Source: Harriotta raleighana
Lineage: Eukaryota
NCBI GenBank assembly: GCA_050575255.1
Contig: JBNZDD010013718.1
Location: forward strand, 6,441,058-6,505,057
DNA length: 64,000 nucleotides
Direction: 5' to 3'
This document shows positions 62,753 to 64,000 of the stretch, piece by piece. Under the pieces are notes generated by a model that worked only from the letters and a program-made list of their open reading frames with translations, did no database searches and was not told the DNA's origin. The translations under genes were made by a program, and so were the position numbers. The number at the start of each line of letters is the position of its first letter. The stretch's first letter is position 1.

Positions 62753-63582
62753 GTGGAATGACCATGCCCTCTATCTGCAGGCACTTCATGCCTCTATGGG
62801 CAGTGGAAGAGTGTGATGCCTCCAAATGCCCAGCTGGTTCAGTCTGCCATTGGCAGAGGCCTAAAGCAAGTTCCTACTCTCTTGACCACAGTTGGTGAAT
62901 AGCCCGAAGAGGAGAAACACATGAAAAGGAGGTGTTCAAACACATGCTGAAAATATGTTGCTCTGCAGAAATCTACATTTAGCTTGTGAATTGGGAGTTA
63001 AGAGCAACACATTAAGAGATTGCAGCTGCCTGATCATCACAATTACCGTGTCCACATTTTCTTGGATCTGCGGAAAAATATTTTGTAAAAGGCTAACTGT
63101 ATGTAAAACAGAGAAGACATGAAATTAACCCAGCAAATGGAAGACAATGTACAATGAAAGGCTTCCTTCAAATTTTTAGACGGGCAACTTTCACTACTTT
63201 TGAATCAATCACTTTTATCCTAAATGGTTTTCTAAACATTGCCACATTGTTTGTGCTCAGTAATAACGGTCCCTATGGCCCCCCCCCCCCACCCTCCCAC
63301 CGTGGCCGCACAGGCGGATTATCTGACAAGTTGTGATGAGATCTGCCTTTGAATGAATTAATCATCCGGCTGTAATGACTGGTTTGTGAAATCTCTGCTG
63401 CAGGACGCACAATAATTCAAAACCTATCAGAACTCCAATTGCTGGAATTGAATGAAAAGCCCAGAAGACATATACTGGAATAGGACTTTCGAACAATTTG
63501 TAATATTTCTGCATTGGATTTTTCTCATGCCAGGGTTAGAAAGGACGTCACATCAGGATAACAAATGACACAATACAGTAAA

Positions 63583-63692
63583 ATAATAATCCTTGCATTT
63601 GATATAGTACCTAATCACATTGTTGAAACGTCTCAAAGTGTTTCACAGCATATACTGTAAAGTGCTTTGATTGTATAGTTTATGGGCGAAAC
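63583..63692 (-). mobile_element. SINE 3' fragment
   Basis: ATAATAATCCTTGCATTTGATATAG..GTCTCAAAGTG..GGGCGAAAC. Confidence 0.9.
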
Positions 63693-64000
63693 TCATAACA
63701 GGATTAAATTACTATTTCAAAATGTTTTTTGTTAAGAATCAGTGATATCGAAAAACTGTTGTTAATTTCTGATTACTCAAATTTCTCTCGAATACCAGAA
63801 TTTCTATCAAACTGCTCCACTGTAAATATGAATTAGAGATCGGGGACGTAAACGGTTTTGCATTCGAATTAGATTTTGCTTTCTTAACATTCGTTTGTTA
63901 ACATTTCAGATTTTATTTATAAACTGCTAAATATTTATGTTGAATGGAGTTTTGTTACCAATTGCTGAGTGAGGTTGCACAAGGGTACTTCAAAACTCTT

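Noticed and set aside
3729-63692. CRISPR-like or regularly spaced recurrence of CCTTGCATTTGATATAGC
   Set aside because: Irregular spacing, both strands and variable truncation. These are dispersed SINE tails in a vertebrate genome.
571-63692. Strand bias of SINE/L2 insertions as evidence for a host transcript
   Set aside because: My rough count is about 29 minus to 18 plus, while CR1 pieces lean plus. Too weak to infer transcription direction.

Overview
This is eukaryotic, gene-poor vertebrate DNA (intergenic or deep intronic). The repeat content points to a cartilaginous fish, probably a chimaera/holocephalan; that assignment is inferred. I can support no protein-coding exon, tRNA gene or rRNA gene. 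The obvious layer is about 45 fragments of two L2-tailed SINE types (an old SacSINE1-like DeuSINE and a younger tRNA-Ala-like-headed SINE sharing its 3' half), plus L2 and CR1 LINE 3' ends and microsatellites. Under it is a hidden layer. Roughly 10 kb of apparently anonymous sequence, including many of the short ORFs in the track, translates into colinear relics of Penelope-like retroelements (PLE; RT + GIY-YIG endonuclease) of at least two subfamilies. Their catalytic motifs are scrambled, but motif order, spacing and long reading frames are kept. One near full-length relic spans about 2.1-4.9 kb. A degenerate PLE-type hammerhead ribozyme core lies at about 55.1 kb. Several local fold-back structures are built from retroelement pieces (7.2-7.8, 27.7-28.3, 34.2-34.4 and 36.8-37.1 kb). 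All five single-N positions sit between duplicated blocks and look like uncollapsed contig overlaps or haplotype bubbles, not real tandem duplications. PLE and CR1 protein matches were made by eye against remembered family consensus motifs and need HMM confirmation. Repeat boundaries are approximate.
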